From contig NC_083228.1 of assembly GCF_032191835.1 (NCBI RefSeq), positions 91,884,001 through 91,948,000 of the forward strand: 64,000 nt of DNA. Reading direction: 5' to 3'. Below the pieces are notes generated by a model. That model was not told where the DNA came from and ran no database searches. It was given only the letters and a program-made list of their open reading frames with translations. The position numbers and the translations under genes were made by a program. Positions 38,501-50,800 of this stretch are shown piece after piece (positions within the stretch are counted from its first letter, which is position 1; the number at the start of each line of letters is the position of its first letter). The stretch is from Heteronotia binoei. Its lineage: Eukaryota.

Positions 38501-41500
38501 AATTCATCTATAGACTTAGAAGGCAGTCTTAAGACTTTGTGTATTTTGCCCTTATGCAAGAGTGCTGATGCTCTTAGAATGTTACCTTTCACCTCCTTCC
38601 TGGAATACACATTTGTGGTAGAGCTAAGGTAAACATCGGTCTCTGTGTTCTGCTTGCTTTTAGTAAATGATTGTGTAAAGAAAAGTGTATAAAAATAAAC
38701 GACCACTGTCAGACAGACAGACAGACCGGTACGTAGAGCCTCAACCCTGTGTTGTGATTCCTTCCTGTAATTCCTGTAATTTCCTCTCTCCTTAAGAACC
38801 AGTTATTTCTCATTATTGTAATAAACTGACTGACATGAGGACTTCTGAAGGACTGCCTTGTTTCCAGTTATTTGAAATACAACAGTGTAATGGATGAATA
38901 TTTATAGACAAAATCATGTTTTTGCAGCTGAGTTTGAAATAAGAATTCTTGGTCATGGCATTAGACTCTTGTAAAAGGCACCAGGCTATATGGTTCCCAT
39001 GACACCTTCCTGTCTAAGCCATAGTTAGGAGGGCTCCAATGAATATTCACATATGAGAGCCTTAATACAAAAGTAGCACTTTTGGGAGACACTGAACATT
39101 TCCTCCCAAAAAAAAAGTTTTTCAGGGAAGCAAAAATGAAATCACCAAAACTACCTTCCTCCTTTGGTTCAGCTCCATTTATTATACTGTAATGACAACA
39201 ATAAGTCCTGCGGCACATTAACAATTTTATTGTTGCACATTTTTTTTTAATTGGTGTCACAGTCTTGTTGCTTTTGTTACAATAGGCTAACAAAATGGCT
39301 AAGCCTCTGGACTTTATTCACAGTAGTGGGCTTTTATGGTGTTTGGTGCCACCTAAAGGGTATGTTTAGTATGGCATTGCATTATAACAGTCTTTCTAGA
39401 TGGATCTTGTTTCCTCTGATACATATTTACTGCACAGGAACCAGACGCACTCCTGCAAAAACACTGTTTCTGTTGCTAGCATATTACATTTCCCCAGCAT
39501 TTGTTGTATGACTGAGAGATTTGTAAATGTTGCTTCATTTTGACCTGTGCCACCCTGTGAAGCAGCAGCAGAAAGGAAGTGCTAGGTCACCACCTGGTGT
39601 TGCCAGCTAATCATACAATAAAAAACCAAAAACAAGCCCAGCCTTTTTTCCTGGTCAGCTTCTTGCCAAACATGAAAGAAAAAAAACTCATTTCCCCTTC
39701 TCCATCAATTCCCTCACCTTCATAAATTTATTTTACTAACACAATATAAACAGATATATGGGGAAGCAGCAGGTTGTATGTTCTGCTCTCCTGTGACTTT
39801 CAGGCTGTCCTCAACCTCCTTTGAGCTCTATACTGAGAGTGATGGGGGTTTGGTAACACTCTGGTCCTTCTCCTCTCCCCAGCATCTTTCCTCAGCCTAG
39901 GGGAGAGTTAATGGTATCGCTTCATTGGCTGCTTTCCACCTTCTTTTAAGGCAGCCCTGCAGGCTGCACATGCTCTGTAGCGTCTCCTGTCCCCCAAATG
40001 ACATCCTGGTATGTGGGTACAACTTCTCCATCACCTGTCATTGAGTATCTTTGTCCTGCCTCCCTCCATTCTGGACTGACTGATAGACAGAGAGTGATCC
40101 CCATGATCCCTTGTAGCTCTTTCCTGTCACCTCATTTGCCACCCAGCTGAGAAGTGGGTGAGGTTTTACTGAACATGAGGTCAGGCATATTTGTGTAGCC
40201 TCCCCCCCCCCCACACACACCATGGGTCATGAGGGGCTGGGAAGCTGCATACTACCCCCTGCCTGCATCAGGACACAGTCCAGCCCAAATGCAGCAGGCC
40301 TGTGTCTCTCTGAGGATTGGGGCTACTCAGTGGTCATTTTGTAGAAAAATAGGTGGTGGAGCTCATCCAGGAATTGTTATGCAGCTGCACATACTATTCA
40401 ATGGACAAGGAGGTGGAACTCTCAGAAAGGTTCAGGTGCTGTGCTCCTGTGAGTTCCCACTGAATCTGAGTCCTGGGGCTACTCCCTGCCCTCCTCCAAG
40501 CTCTCTTCGAGCTGGAGTGTGGGACATCAATGGATCCAATTGTCTCACATGGTTCCCTCCTGCAACAGCAGCCAGTTAGGAAGGGTGCTGCATGGACCAC
40601 CCAGCAATATATATTTGTATTGTGCATGTATGCATTGCACGTGCATGTTCACTGGGCTGGAGGAGACCAGTGGAAACTGATTCTTGTGCACATGTGCAAA
40701 ATGTATAGTGGCTGTCACTCTCTCTTCCTTGCCTCTGAATGAAACCTGAAGTTGGCAAGGCAAACAGCTTCCTTGAACAACCGTATCATGTCTAAACCAA
40801 GTCTCATTTATGAAGAAAAAGACTGCAGATTTATACCCCACCCTTCTCTCTGAATCAGAGTCTCAGAGTGGCTTACAATCTCCTATATCTTCTTCCCCCA
40901 CAACAGACACCCTGTTAGGTAGGTGGGGCTGAGAGAGCTCTGCCAGAAGTTGCCTTTCAAGGACAACTCTTGTGAGAGCTATGACTGACCCAAGGCCATT
41001 CCAGCAGCTGCAAGTGGAAGAGTGGGGAATCACCCAGTTCTTCCAGATAAGAGTCCACACACTTAACCATCACACCAAACTGGCTCTCTTTACATTGTGT
41101 TGCAACCCATGCAAAGCAATGGCATATGCTCAGTATGCTCTCCAAAGAACCGTAGCTTTTGTGGATACTGTGCTGGCATACTGCCTAAGCACACATAGCC
41201 CCTTTGAATCTTTAGAAACCCACACAGGGAAACTCTTAGGTATACCTCTATCATGCTTAAATCTGGCCTCAGAGTATGGCAAGGAGGTGGTACAACAGCA
41301 GGAAGACAACACTGAAGAGGAGGAGAAGGAGAAAATGGGGGAGGAGTCATTGCTACATTCAGGGCTTTTTTGGTAGGAAAAACCCAGCAGGAACTCATTT
41401 GCTGGGTTTAGGCCATATTAGGCCATACCCCCTGACATCACTGGAAGTGACATCACCTGTTCAGTAGGTTACTTTCTACATATTGATACAGAAGAGTATA

Positions 41501-42770
41501 GTGCCATCAGCTGCCTGCATTTCATGGATGTGTGTTCTCACACATCCCAATGAGAGATCTTGTTTGCCCCCCCCAAAAAACACACACACACACACACCCA
41601 GAGAGAAAGAGCCATGTGCAGCAAAGTGGACAGTGGCAGGCCCAGCTTCTGGAAGATGGTACTCATGGGCGGCTCTGTGTATCTTGCTCTCTTCACAAGC
41701 CCATTGGAGGCTGGAGGTGGCAGAGAGGATGGAACGCATAGTCTGGGAGCATGTGGCTACCTAGTGTTTTCCCTCTGCTGGAGACCGTTTTTTGAGCCAG
41801 AGCCCTGTCCAAGCCAGCTGAAACTGGATTCCTGTGTGTTGCTGCTATAAAAAAAGCCCTGGCTACATTGGCTGTCTCACTTGCACCCATTTCTCTGAGT
41901 GATGGTGGTGGTGAGTGAGCGGCAATGAGGAGGAGGTTGGTGAAGCGAACAGAAGGCAGTGAACAGCAAAGATGCAGTGGGTGAACCTTGGGCTCGGGTT
42001 TTGCAAGTGGTGGTCCCACTGCTGCCTGTCTGGCAGGCTTTTTGGAGCAGGAACTCTTTTGCATATTAGGCCACACACCCCTGATGTAACCAGTCCACCA
42101 AGAGCTTACAGGGCTCTTATTTCATCGGGGTTTGTGGCCTAATATGCAAAGGAGTTCCTGCTACAAAAAAAGTCCTGCCGTTTGGTATGTTCTAAGATTA
42201 GTCAGGGAGTCTGTCCATTCTTTCCTCCCCCAGTGTACGCAAAAGAACTCTCTCTCTCTCTCATGGTTTCATATTTTTTGTGTTTGTATTACATATGTGA
42301 TTTTTCCAGAAAATTTTAAACTACTAGGGAAAATGTAGTTTTGTCCAGAAAAAATGCTTTTGGGAAAAACTGAAACAGGTACAAGAATTTTCTTTTTGAA
42401 CATAAATTTATTTTAATTGATTTAGGTCTTATGATTGAGGTGAGTTTCCCATAAACTTTTGCCTGTCACTTTTTGCACTGTGGGAGCTCAGTATAAAATG
42501 TTAGTGGTATTGCTTGATGGCAAGGGCATGCAATAGTGAAACACAGAGTACTCTGCTCAGGCGAGTACCCTACAAGTGGCATTTAACAGACTATTTAAAT
42601 AATAATCTTGTAATCCCCAAACATGGTCAAGTCTGTCAGAACTTACCTCATTCACTTGGGCTTGTGTCTGCTGAAGCCTTCGATTGCTAGTCACATTGGT
42701 CTGGAGAGGGGCTCCTCCGGCGCCAGGACCAGGGGCACCACTGCCACCCAGGGAAGGAGTTGGTGCTGAC
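32543..42770 (-). CDS. VAMP2: Vesicle-associated membrane protein (synaptobrevin, VAMP2-like; VAMP1/2/3 family), spliced CDS exons 2-5. Predicted (M)[116 protein letters not shown], 117 aa
   Basis: Four exons with GT-AG boundaries, in-frame joins and sizes (124, 159, 52, 17 nt coding) matching the conserved VAMP1/2 exon architecture. R-SNARE motif, WWKN juxtamembrane segment and C-terminal TM helix are present. Family assignment is certain; the symbol is only the closest label and orthology to mammalian VAMP2 is uncertain (see findings). Confidence 0.9.
33112..33292. mobile_element. Palindromic MITE related to the CAGGGCTTTT family
   Basis: Inverted arms of about 70 bp containing TGCATATTAGGCCAC...GATGTAGCCAATCCTCC. 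TSD not recognisable. Confidence 0.8.
34455..34655. mobile_element. hAT MITE, CAGGGCTTTT family
   Basis: TSD GTTGTAAG / GTTGTGAG. Internally duplicated ATTTGCATATTAGG module. Confidence 0.85.
35823..35874 (-). CDS. VAMP exon 4 (transmembrane helix [17 protein letters not shown])
   Basis: 52 nt. Acceptor ttctcttttcag and donor GTGAGT (35822-35817). Size and phase match VAMP exon 4. Confidence 0.95.
36490..37007. mobile_element. Non-autonomous hAT element (TAGGGTTGCC termini), apparently young
   Basis: Intact TIR TAGGGTTGCCAA / TTGGCAACCCTA and perfect TSD TATTTATA (36482-36489, 37008-37015). Older relatives lie near 15950, 48360, 51590, 60690 and 61300. Confidence 0.9.
37300..37458 (-). CDS. 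VAMP exon 3 (SNARE core [53 protein letters not shown])
   Basis: 159 nt, identical in size to the mammalian VAMP1/2/3 exon. AG at 37460-37459, GTAAG donor at 37299-37295. Embedded in ORF 37189-37707. Confidence 0.98.
38114..38300 (+). mobile_element. 5S rRNA-derived SINE with RTE/BovB-type tail (5S-Sauria-like)
   Basis: The 5' part parallels 5S rRNA (CCTGATCTCATCAGATCTTGGAA..AAGCAG...TAGTATTTGGATGGGAGAC). It continues into GGCAAACCACCTCTGAA, which resembles the Sauria-SINE/RTE tail. Too diverged and chimeric to be a 5S gene. Confidence 0.8.
40328..40475. mobile_element. hAT MITE
   Basis: Perfect TSD GGGCTACT (40320-40327, 40476-40483). Confidence 0.82.
40812..41088 (-). mobile_element. tRNA-derived SINE, same family as 18526-18803
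   Basis: High similarity over its whole length to the other copies in the window. Confidence 0.85.
41360..41861. mobile_element. Longer non-autonomous hAT element, CAGGGCTTTT family
   Basis: Perfect TSD GCTACATT (41352-41359, 41862-41869). TIR CAGGGCTTTTTT / AAAAAAGCCCTG. Confidence 0.85.
42034..42177. mobile_element. Palindromic MITE, same family as 33112-33292
   Basis: Inverted arms GCAGGAACTC(T)TTTGCATATTAGGCCAC. Degenerate TSD CTGTCTGG / CCGTTTGG. Confidence 0.8.
42647..42770 (-). CDS. VAMP exon 2 (Pro/Gly-rich N-terminus plus start of SNARE motif: SAPTPSLGG...[15 protein letters not shown])
   Basis: Acceptor AG at 42772-42771 and donor GTAAGT at 42646-42641. 124 nt beginning with the G of a split AT|G start codon, as in VAMP1/2/3. 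Not in the ORF track. Confidence 0.93.
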
Positions 42771-44234
42771 CTAGTTTAGAAACGCAGCAGTATTACAGAC
42801 TCTTTTTGCATATGCCTTCCATTGTTGCTACAGAAGTCCACATCCATCAAGAACAGAGTTGCAACTATGCCATTTAATAATGCCATCTCTCTAGAAGTCT
42901 CTGTCCACTTCTTCCTGATCTGCTTTACTAGAGTAGACATGAGAAGTATTGTAAAAACTGAGAGAAAGGAAAAGGCAACGGTCTAAGCTTGAAGAGTAAC
43001 CTGTTAACTGGGAAAGGTTCTCAGCACTCTCTAATTCCTTTTCCCCAGGAAATACCACTGCTTGTCCCTGTTTTCAGTAACTTCTCTACTTCCCCTGCCT
43101 AACCACTGATCTTCCACAAGTGTGGCTTCTGGGGTACAAGGGACTGCCAGGAAAAGCATGAGATGTGAGTTGGAGGTTTGCAGAAAGAAAGAGGGAATTG
43201 ACAAAAATTATTTGCAGACATTTTTGTCAGGATCCACCCTTTGTCAGATATATTGGCTAGCATACAAAATATCCAAGTGCTAGTTTGGTTGGTGTTTCAG
43301 CTATGCAAAACTATAGAGGATGAACTGCCTTCTCACACACAGCATATGCCTTCCATATCCTGTCTAGGTTGGTGGTCTAGTGATCCCTAAGACCAATTCA
43401 TCTCCTAGCATTTTCCTCTTATATCTATGTTAGGATGTAATCAACCTGGACTAAATATAATTTGCACACAAACACTCAAATCTTCTTTTCATTTACTTTT
43501 ATATCCATGCGTGCTTCATTTTGCTCCATTTCTACTTTTGTAATTGAAGCCCAAAACAGTGAACTAATGCAACTGCTTGCTTTAGCAGGAATTCTCTCTT
43601 CTATATACCATTCACTTGGCTTGTTCTGCAGCACATATATGGGCAACATGATTGCTCTTCTTGTAGTTCTGGGTGCAACAGTCCTCCTCATGCACATGAA
43701 AATACTCGGAATTACTTCTTGCCATCTGCTTGAGCTAAGTAAAAGCAATTTATCCTTACTTTTCCTTTCCACGAGTGCAAGAGATAGCACAAGGTATTTC
43801 TTCTGATATAATTTTAGAACTAAATTAAATTATAGCATGTGAAATATCTATTGTACATTCTGCTGCTCCATATTCACATTGCTATCTTGTTAAAATTATA
43901 TTCATTCATTTTATTTTATTTATAACATTTGTATACTACTTTTCCACCCAACTTAGGCTCCCCAAGTTGGTGTAAACTCAAAACATGTGTTTAAAATAAA
44001 GTGTTTAAAATAACAGTGTTTAAAATAAAGATAAAGTAATATAAAATGTTTTTTAAAAGTAAGACATACAAGTGCCTAAACACAGTGACACACAGACTGG
44101 AAGGAAGGCCAGGAGGAGTTAGTGAAGGAATGTGAAATACAACACAAATGTTTCCCCCAGCCAATGAAAGACAACGAGAGAGAGAGAGAGAGACAGAGAC
44201 AGAGAGAAATCTCCCTGGGGAGGGAGTTCCAGAG

Positions 44235-44850
44235 TTTTGGTGCTTTGACTGAGAAGGCCCTTTCTCAGGTTGTACCTGACTAGCCTCAGATGGTAGGGGT
44301 ATCTGAAGCAGGGTGTCGGATGAGTGGAGTAGTTCTGTAGGTTTTTATGGGAGCCGGTGGCTTTTAAATTAGGCTGGCCCCCCACTATATAAGCTTAAAA
44401 GCTGAATTAGTCCTGGCAGCAAATTGAGAGCCATTGTAGGTAGAATAAGACAAATGATATGGTCCCTCTGACCCACTTCAGTTAACATTCTGGCTGCAGC
44501 ATTCTGTACCAACTGTAGCTTTTGGATACTCTTCAATGTCAGCCCCATGTAGAATACATTGCAGCGGCCTAATCTAAACGTTACTAGGGCATGCATCACA
44601 ATGGAAAGCTGAAACTGGTGAAAGGCAGCCCTGGCCACTGCTTCTACCAGTTTATCCAACAGGAAGCCAGGGTCTGGCAGCAACTCCAAGCTATGAACCT
44701 GCTTCTTTAGGGGGAGTCCAACTCTATCCAGAACAGGAGACATCTCAGTACCTTGGTCAAACCTTCCTCCCTCTCCAGTAGAGCCTCTGTTTTGTTGATA
44801 TTCAGCTTTGGAAGCCTCATCCATCCCAAAACTGCCTCCAGATACCTGTT
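44235..44850 (-). mobile_element. Old L2 LINE relic
   Basis: ORF 44369-44824 contains CNVFYMGLTLKSIQKLQLVQNAAARML. Confidence 0.8.
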
Positions 44851-47800
44851 CAGAGTTTCCATAGCCTCCCTGGGATCTGCTGTGTTGCTGCAGCCATTGT
44901 GCTGTGTGATGGACAGGCTAGGTTAAGCCTCTCCCTAAGAGCAGCCCATGAGAGTTGACGGAATGTTGAGAGCTAAGAGACTTGGAAAGAGCAGTTGAAA
45001 GGAGGGCAAGTAGGGGGTTAGCAGCAGACAAGAGGAGGACAGCTTGAGCGCTGAGGTGAAAAGAGGATTTTCTGGCTGAGGGGAACTTTATAGAAGAGCT
45101 GCTTAGAACAGACTGAAAAAAGTAAATTTGGAACTAAAGGGTCCCAGTTGTAGATACAGGACCTTAGTTCAAAAGTTCAATGGAAGTGAAAGGTTGTTTC
45201 TTAGACTTTACTTTCATCAGTGTTTTGTTCTTATAAACAAAAGTGTATTGTTTTGATTAACCCTGTAGGATGTATGTCTAAGGAAAAAATACACACACAT
45301 AATGTAATATCTCAGCCTATACACATGAATACACAGGATAAGAATGAATAGTGGTAGGGAGTGATTGGTTAGTCTGACAGGCAGCAACTTTCCAGGGTCT
45401 CAGGCAGAGGTCTTTAATGCCTCTGATCCTTTAAACTGGAGATATTGGGGATTGAACCTGGGACATTCTACATACAAAGCAGATATTATATCATTTAGCC
45501 CCTCCCCAACACCCAGGTCTCATGCAAATCCAGTGCTTCAACTGCTAAACGATTCTCTCTCTCTCTCTCAAACATGTAAATTTGGTAAATTCTCTAAACA
45601 ATTTATCACATATTTGTTTCCATTCTAAAACATGAAACAAGTCTTTGCCTGCCACAAACTTGTTTTTATACAAACATCACCTCAGAGAACTCTGACAGAT
45701 CCAATCAGTCCTAGTGGCTGAACATGGGCCAGTTAGTCTTCCTGACACCCACTGGTCTGATGGTTCCTAATGATTCCTCACTCCCACGCTGCTGTGACTC
45801 ACTGTCTTTTCTGAACCATCCCTTACAAATTCCTCCTGCAGAGGGGCATAAAGTACTGCCTAGACCTGTTAAGGAAATCCCTGTGCCTCAACAGAACAGA
45901 AACAAAAACCCTTCCTCCACACAAATCCTCTTCCTACAGGGCAGATATCTCCCCCACAATGACAGACCAAGAAAACACCATCTATGTGAATCATTCTTCT
46001 CCACAGCATCAGATCACAGATAAATAGTGATAAAATAGTGCAGCCAAAATATCATCAAAACAGCTTATGTTTTAGAAAGATAAAATCGTTTCAGGTGAGT
46101 TCTACCCCTTTCCCCATCTCTCTCCCTGTAATATGAAGTTGTTGGCAAAAATCATATGCCCAAATCCAACAGGCTCTCAATATGTACATGTTTTTTTCAG
46201 TCTCTCCAGTAGATCACCCATTTGTTTGGGAGTGGTGACAATTTCTTTATTAAGTTTCTGTTCAAACTTTAATCACAGATAAACAGCATGTCTATCAAAA
46301 CTCCCTTGGAAGCTTGAAAAGGGAAATATTATGATCTCATTCCTGCTAAAGTAAATGCAGAAAATGTTCTGGACCATCTTTGGTATAGCCAAAAACACTT
46401 GATAAACATATAGGGGATTAATTTGTCCATTCCTCCCCTCTTCTGTCAGAAACAAGAAGCTGAGCTATATTCACTGTTTTCAGATGGAGCTGACTAGCCC
46501 ACTACTCTCCTTCCTTCCTCCTTCCAGAATCTGGTTCAGGAAACCATACACTTTAATCTTTTTTTTCTTCTGCCAACAGGAAGGGCAGAGACTGAATGCT
46601 GGAAGTGATCTTCATCCACCAGGGCTACTTTATGCTCCCTGCAGCAATCACCATCCTTGCTTTCCTCCAGTGGCTTCTCTGGCTTCAAATCCTGACCCCA
46701 CAGCCTGGTGGTTGTGGCCAAGGCTAAGGAGAAGTCATCAAAGGAGCAGAAGGGAGTAGAATGGGAATCCAGTCAGTGCTCTGTGAGATGACTGGAAGAT
46801 GAAGAGTTTCCAGCACTTTTATCCCCTGCACTCCTACTTGCAGGAAAACAACCAACCTTGGTTGGCAGAAGAAATGAGCCTCCCCATGACCTTTACTAAA
46901 TGGCCCCAATGGGCTACATGTAATATCTTGACTTAAAACCCATCTAATTTTTTGCTCCCAGGCCTGATTTAATTTATCTTTTAGAATTGTATGGCATCCA
47001 GCCTGAAGACAGAGGGACTCCTAGTGTAGAAGATACACTGGTGTGTTCTGGAGGACCAAAATAAAATAAAATAAAATCTTGAATCAGCTTTTAATAAAAT
47101 GTAATTAAACCAATTGTATGAGAAATAAAGAGATGTGTGAGAATAGCAAAATATATAATGGTTAAAGATTAAAAAACTGTTTTGCAAAGGTAAGAAAGGC
47201 TGGTGATGCATCTAATAGTAACAACAGTATGCAACACTCCTTATAAAAATCTAGTTCACTAGGATTGTGACACACAGAGAAATGAAAAAACAGGGAAGAA
47301 AAAGATTTCCAAGAAGGTTCTTCGTCCCATTCCTGGGTTGAAAACTATATTGCTAGGTGGAGCCCCAGCAGCAACTGCTGGTGCCTTTCTGAGATGCTTC
47401 ACCTTCTATTTTGAGAAATAAAGAAGCAAAGCCAGACCAGTCACTAGGAGATCACCAAGATTCGTTCAGCATACAGATTATCAGTCTCTGTTTTGTGTCT
47501 ATATGCCACTGTAATGAAAATCTATTCTTTAACTGCAGGTTGATTATTCTTCTGGATGCCTGCCTGCAACTTATTACTGAGGGTGATTGCCATCTGCGTA
47601 GTATGGAGTATATCAACTGGCTGCCAGGACTGCAATAATTCTGCATTGAGCATACAGTGACTGTAGTAAGACCAAATGCTAACAAACACATGTTGGTGTG
47701 CTGTGAGAAAAGCAGCTTACAAGAGGATTTACACGTTGCTTCATAAATAAACTGAGATACTTCTTCATGACTGTCATCCCCCACCCCATCAGCAGGGATG

Positions 47801-50800
47801 AATTTTCCTATGCTAGGTGGGATTTACCTCTTGTTCAGTAGTAAAGCTTACTCCAAACAACAGGATACTATTCAACTATAGAACTGTATCTGTGCCATCT
47901 GTGTCAAATCCTCTTTTTAATCACATGCAATGCTCCCAAAGGTTGCATTTCAGCAGAATAGTTATCTTATGAGCAAGTAACAGCTACTGCTTTTGAATTT
48001 ATCAAGAATAAAGAGATAGACAAGTACTTCAACATAAAAGACTCAACAACCAATAATATTTTTTGAAAAGATCTCAGCAAAATGGCATTTTTTCTGGGAG
48101 CATGGGTACCAGCCCTGCTTGTGTTCATCATCAATCAAAGAATTAGTCCTGGACAGGTATGGTATGGCACTGAAGCTGACAGCTCCATTAACTCAAATAA
48201 AAGGGGGAAGCCTGGTAACAACGGAGGGTGTTGTGTCCTTGTCATAATGATGTCCCAAGAGCAATCTAAATGGTGCCTGCAACCCATGCACAACCACATT
48301 GGACATGGAAATCACAACAGCTTTAATTTCTCATTATATTTCAGTCCTGAGTAGAGATACCAACCTTCAAATGGAACCTGGGGATCCCCTGGAATTACAG
48401 TTTATCTCCAGACTACAGAGATCAATTCCCCTGAGGAAAAGGGATGCTTTGGAGGGTGGAGACTCTCAGGCATTGCACCCCACTGAGATCCCTGTCCTCC
48501 CCAGGCTCCATCCCCAAATCTCCAGGAAATTCCTGGCCTGCATCTAGCAGCTCTTCCCCCATCCTCTGCCAGTGGCCAAGGGGGATCTGGAAACCCTAAT
48601 CCAGAATCACCTGTTCCAGTCTAGGCCACTTTTGGTTAATTTATTTACTTCATTTATAGTCTAATTGAAACTCAAGGTCTATTATGTGGTAGAATTCAAC
48701 ACAATCAACAGGATGAGAAATCTAGCAAGCAAGGCAATAGCATTAGGATAACCAAAATTTTAAACAAGGCAAACAGTATTAGACTTGACAGCTAGGTCCA
48801 GATGGCCAGTTAGAACCGACACAGGGATAACCCCCAGACAGATTAAAAATCAAAGTTCAGATGCGCACATCTGTCAAGCGTCCCACTCCCATACTCACCT
48901 CATCCCCCAGCATCTCTAGAGTGGCATAAAAATCTCCCAAGCTCTTCCCTGCAGTCTTTCCCGGCTGTCTGAACAGCCAGGGAGCACCTGGGAAGTGCCT
49001 CTCAAGTGCTTGAGCAGTCTGACCACTCCTCCAGAGTGTACATAACCCTTTCCTCTCCCAACAGCGGGGTGCACACTGCCTGACCACCCCAGGATCGCTT
49101 TCTACTGTACTGGCTTTCTTCTGAAAGACAGCAGAGCACAGAAGCCTGGAACAGATAAACCCAAAATGTATACATACTCCACAGTATTAATTTTATTTAA
49201 TGTGTTGACCTGGTTCTGTTGGAGACAACATATACTACATCAAGTGATTTTGACTGAATCCAGTTCTGAAGTTTAACCTCAGTTTTTTTGCTTGTCTGTT
49301 CAAACTCAAATTCAACAGAGACTTCCAGAAGAAGGTCAAGATTCCATTCCAGTTCAGGAGAAAATAAAAGTTCAGTTTGATCCCCTAATTACAATTCTTG
49401 CTTAATTATCCTAGAATCTTAATGAATATGCTCATCTATGGAAGTTTTGTCCATAGGTTCAAATTAATGTGCAATTAACCAATAGTCTACCTATTCCACA
49501 TTACTTATGAAATTTCTCACCAAAGCTGACATTTGGATGTGTAACAGTGAAAGCAATACATTTTGGAATCTAGTTACCAAGGTAACAGGGAGGTTTTTTT
49601 AAAGGGGGAAGCCACCCTGCATCAGTAAAGAAGGAAGGTTAGTATTTATTCTTTCATTGTGGTCACAATCTTTACCACATTGTGTTGCCCTAAAAAAGCC
49701 CCACTAAAGAAAGGCAGCAGTGGCATCAATTTGTTTTCCTTTTCAATCTTTTCAAGTAATGACCCATTTGTCTTTCTTTGATCTGTTTCTCTCTTTGTCC
49801 TGCTCTTCTTTTCTTTCCATAGCACTACAGATACCTCTTGCATCAAGGGAAAAGAGGAATTTCTTTTCAGACACCTGAGGATCAGAGTGGCAGAATAAAG
49901 GCTATAAACTGACAAACTAAACTGCCCTATTACCATCCTAACAGATAACTGATACAACTTTAATTGAGTCCATAATATGTAATTATGCAGGCACAGTGAA
50001 AAAGATACAATGCACCCAAAAGAGAGACTTTTCAAGTGTATTGAAACATTCTGCATAAAACTACAGTTTATGTATTTGTGCCAGTTTGAATCCAGACAGG
50101 TTAAGCCAACTTCACATATTATAACTGTTGTGTGAAACATCAGTGTTTCCCCAAAATGAACATATAATATGTGGATATCATACACATGTAAAAGCATCTT
50201 TTAATAGCTATATACTTTAATTTAATAAGGCTGTGGCTCCTGGTCATGTGAGGATGGGGGCTTATGGATGCATGCACAATCATCCTTGTCACCCACATGT
50301 TGTGTTTTCTGCAAGGAGCACTTGGGTAACATGGGTATGTGCCACAGCCACTATAATGGGTGGTTCTGCTTACACTTCAGAAACACCCAGGGTTGCAATT
50401 CCTGTTAATTAAACATCTATGATATTCAAAATGACTATCTTAGGTAGAAGCATCTAATGTGAAATGTTGTCCAATTCTACCTCCGATGAGCACAGACATC
50501 ACAAAAAGCAGTCTGTGTCACTGCCAAGGTGGCTGTACCTTCACAAAAATATCATGCTTTTTGCTTTTCTGTGCAGACATATTTTTGATGGTGTTTGTTG
50601 TTTACATTTTTAACTGCTCTGTATCCTGTTGACTTAAAAATACCTCAAACATTTTTGGGAAAATTAATGAAAGTCAGGTGGCTTTGGTAATAGGCTCATG
50701 TATGCAAATTTCAGGGCATTAATAAAGATTAGATCCACATGTTACTTGTTAGACCAAAGTGGAAAAGTACCCAAGCTTTAAAGGACAAACTTACCCATAG

